Shown: positions 62,079 to 64,000 of the stretch, one piece after another
Position numbering within the stretch: the stretch's first letter is position 1
Layout: each line of letters starts with the position of its first letter
Assembly: GCA_040954595.2 (NCBI GenBank)
Contig: CM082587.2
Location: 5,816,206-5,880,205 of the forward strand
From: Balanoglossus misakiensis
Lineage: Eukaryota; Animalia; Hemichordata
Direction: 5' to 3'
Length of the DNA stretch: 64,000 nt
Position numbers and translations under genes: made by a program
Notes under the pieces: generated by a model
The model's database searches: none
What the model saw: the letters and a program-made list of their open reading frames with translations, nothing else
Told to the model about the DNA's origin: nothing

Positions 62079-63658
62079 ATGGAAACAAATGAGAGCTTCA
62101 GTCAAGGGAGTGCAAGAGACGATCCTCTGATGAGCCAACCAACAAAACACGCAGAGAGTACAACCTCAGTCTCGCCAGAGTTTCTGCATCAACTTGAGGC
62201 CAGGCAAGTGGAAAGAATCGAACAAACCGCCTCGCTACAGGCCAAGTCCACGAGACCCAGTGACGGGACACCTGTGGTGCATTCTGCGAGCACCGATGGG
62301 GCAACGATGCAAGACGAGGAATTCAGAAAAGAGCGCTGTCTGGAGAAGATGCAGACAGCGTGGAGCAAGACAGATCGGACAATGGTTGCATCTCTTCTGG
62401 CGGAAGGTCTCAGGAACGCTGAAAACCCGTTTAGCTTTGTCTTGTACCTGGTGCAGAACAGCGGTGATGTCACGGGTAATAAGAAGAAAGCAGACTGCCT
62501 GGCACTGGTCGTCATCAAGGAATTCGATATGTGGCTTCACAGACATGGGAAAGAATTACAGGTATGCAAGCCAGGCCCAGTTAAGGTAGAATGGAACTTG
62601 AAAAACCTATTGTCATTGTGCTTGATTAATTCAAGGTCAGGAAGTTTTAAAAACATTCTCACTTGACACAGTATTTATCCCCTATGAGGCCAGGGAACTT
62701 GTCCAGATCTGCTATGGACTCTCGCTGCTGATAACAAGTTGTTGTACATTCAATACTCAGAAAGCCAATATTCTTTTAACACCGGACACCAAGCTTCAAG
62801 CCCTGAACGTCGGAAGTCGACTCCACCCAAGCATATTTGAGAGCATCGTAAAAATTTACAAATTGGCCGAGGAAGGAAATGAATTCCTCTTGCCATATGT
62901 GAACAAGTTGCTCAGAAAACACCTTTATAAGGAGGTAAGTGTGATCGAGTTCAGATTGGATCTTTGTTATTGTGACTGCAGAATGCCAAGGTGATTGCGC
63001 AATGCGTGATTTGAGGCACATGAATATTCACCATTGATAATTAGTCATCATCATCATCATTGTTGTCATCTTTATCAGGTGATGATGATGGTGATGTCGA
63101 TAATGATGGTGATGATGATAATGATGATTATGATAATGATGGTGATGATGATGATGACTACGATGATGATGATAAAGATGATGATGATGATGGCTATGAT
63201 GATGATGATTATGATGACAATGATGATCATGATTATGATGACAATGATGATGATGATGATGACGAGGACAACAACGACAATGATTGTTAAATGCCACTGC
63301 TGTGTCATTCTTGTAGAAGTTATAAACGTTCTTCTGCCTTTCCTTTCATTACACAGACGGCGAATTGTGTGGCGAAGTTGAATTTACAACACTGTTTCTC
63401 ACTGAAAGAGGTACGTCATCGACAGGATGGTTTTAATATATTTTTTATTTGATTGATATTTAGACAAATTGGGGTCAGTGATTCCAGTGTACAAATCTCA
63501 ATTTTTTGTCTCACCCAGATCGTGCTGCCCCTGATCTACCAAGACAAGGCCAATCTGGCCGAACGCTATTTACATGGCTGTAAGGATCTGCAGCTCTCCC
63601 TGGTTAAGGTGCTGGACACCTACTGCGAAAAAGGTTTTGACATGGATAAAGTTCTCGA
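62079..63658 (+). CDS. EXD3: EXD3 / Mut-7 / Nibbler 3'-5' exonuclease homolog, 5' part only (continues beyond the window)
   Basis: Exons about 62079-62561, 62761-62934 (KLQALNVG...LLRKHLYKE), 63357-63410 (TANCVAKLNLQ), 63519-63658 (IVLPLIYQDKANLAERYLHGCKDLQLSLVKVLDTYCEKGFD). The last resembles the recalled human EXD3 segment PLLLQDKVALVERY...DSWCQPGFD. The start codon is uncertain and the nuclease domain is not in the window. Confidence 0.85.
63045..63285. repeat. (CAT)n/(GAT)n trinucleotide microsatellite in EXD3 intron
   Basis: Directly visible; explains the poly-M/D/H/I ORFs. Confidence 0.97.
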
Positions 63659-64000
63659 GTAAGTATTCTTATCTGTGCCAGCAAAAAAATTGGGGTCAAA
63701 ATCACAGACTGGTACCAGAAGTATATATGATGAAAAAATCTGTGTGTGGCTAATATTTGATGTGGGTGAATTTTTTTAAAAACTACAAAAATCAGTTTGA
63801 TGATGAGATGTATATAGCGGTCCGTATTTTAAGAGTGGCCAGAAATTTGGAATTATGGTGATCATTCAAAATTAAAAATGGTGTCAACATGATATTATAT
63901 GACCACTAAATTTAATTTTGTCCAATTGCGACCTGGCAATTCCCAATGTGGTCATCAACATTCGTATCGTGTGACGACACATCACAGAATGTGAGCGAGA

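Noticed and set aside
63028-63381. Poly-His/Met/Asp/Ile ORFs
   Set aside because: (GAT)n microsatellite inside an EXD3 intron; the flanking exons join in frame without it.

Overview
Intron-rich animal genomic DNA, most likely a non-vertebrate deuterostome (ambulacrarian-like; inferred from gene similarity, intron sizes and repeat style, not proven). I reconstructed six protein-coding genes by hand from GT-AG exon chains. They are an SLC22 organic cation transporter (-, 11145-15279), SKIV2L/SKI2 helicase (-, 18948-28584), LRSAM1 E3 ligase (+, 29075-39938, head-to-head with SKIV2L), an intronless orphan class A GPCR (+, 46348-47391), DUSP12/YVH1 phosphatase (-, 56240-60710) and the 5' part of EXD3/Mut-7 (+, from about 62079, head-to-head with DUSP12, running off the window). 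The most striking observation is in DUSP12: two tandem, homologous 114-nt exons each complete the catalytic Cys codon and supply a different P-loop (HCMMGASRS vs HCFMGMSRS). This suggests a mutually exclusive active-site switch, and skipping both exons turns the Cys codon into TGA. Also notable: the human orthologues of four genes map to MHC-paralogon regions, and there is a clean 511-bp solo LTR with a 4-bp TSD, several MITEs, a 290-bp dispersed duplicate and long microsatellites. Most short ORFs in the track are microsatellite, antisense or intronic artefacts. Gene identities rest on recalled similarity to known proteins; no database search was run.
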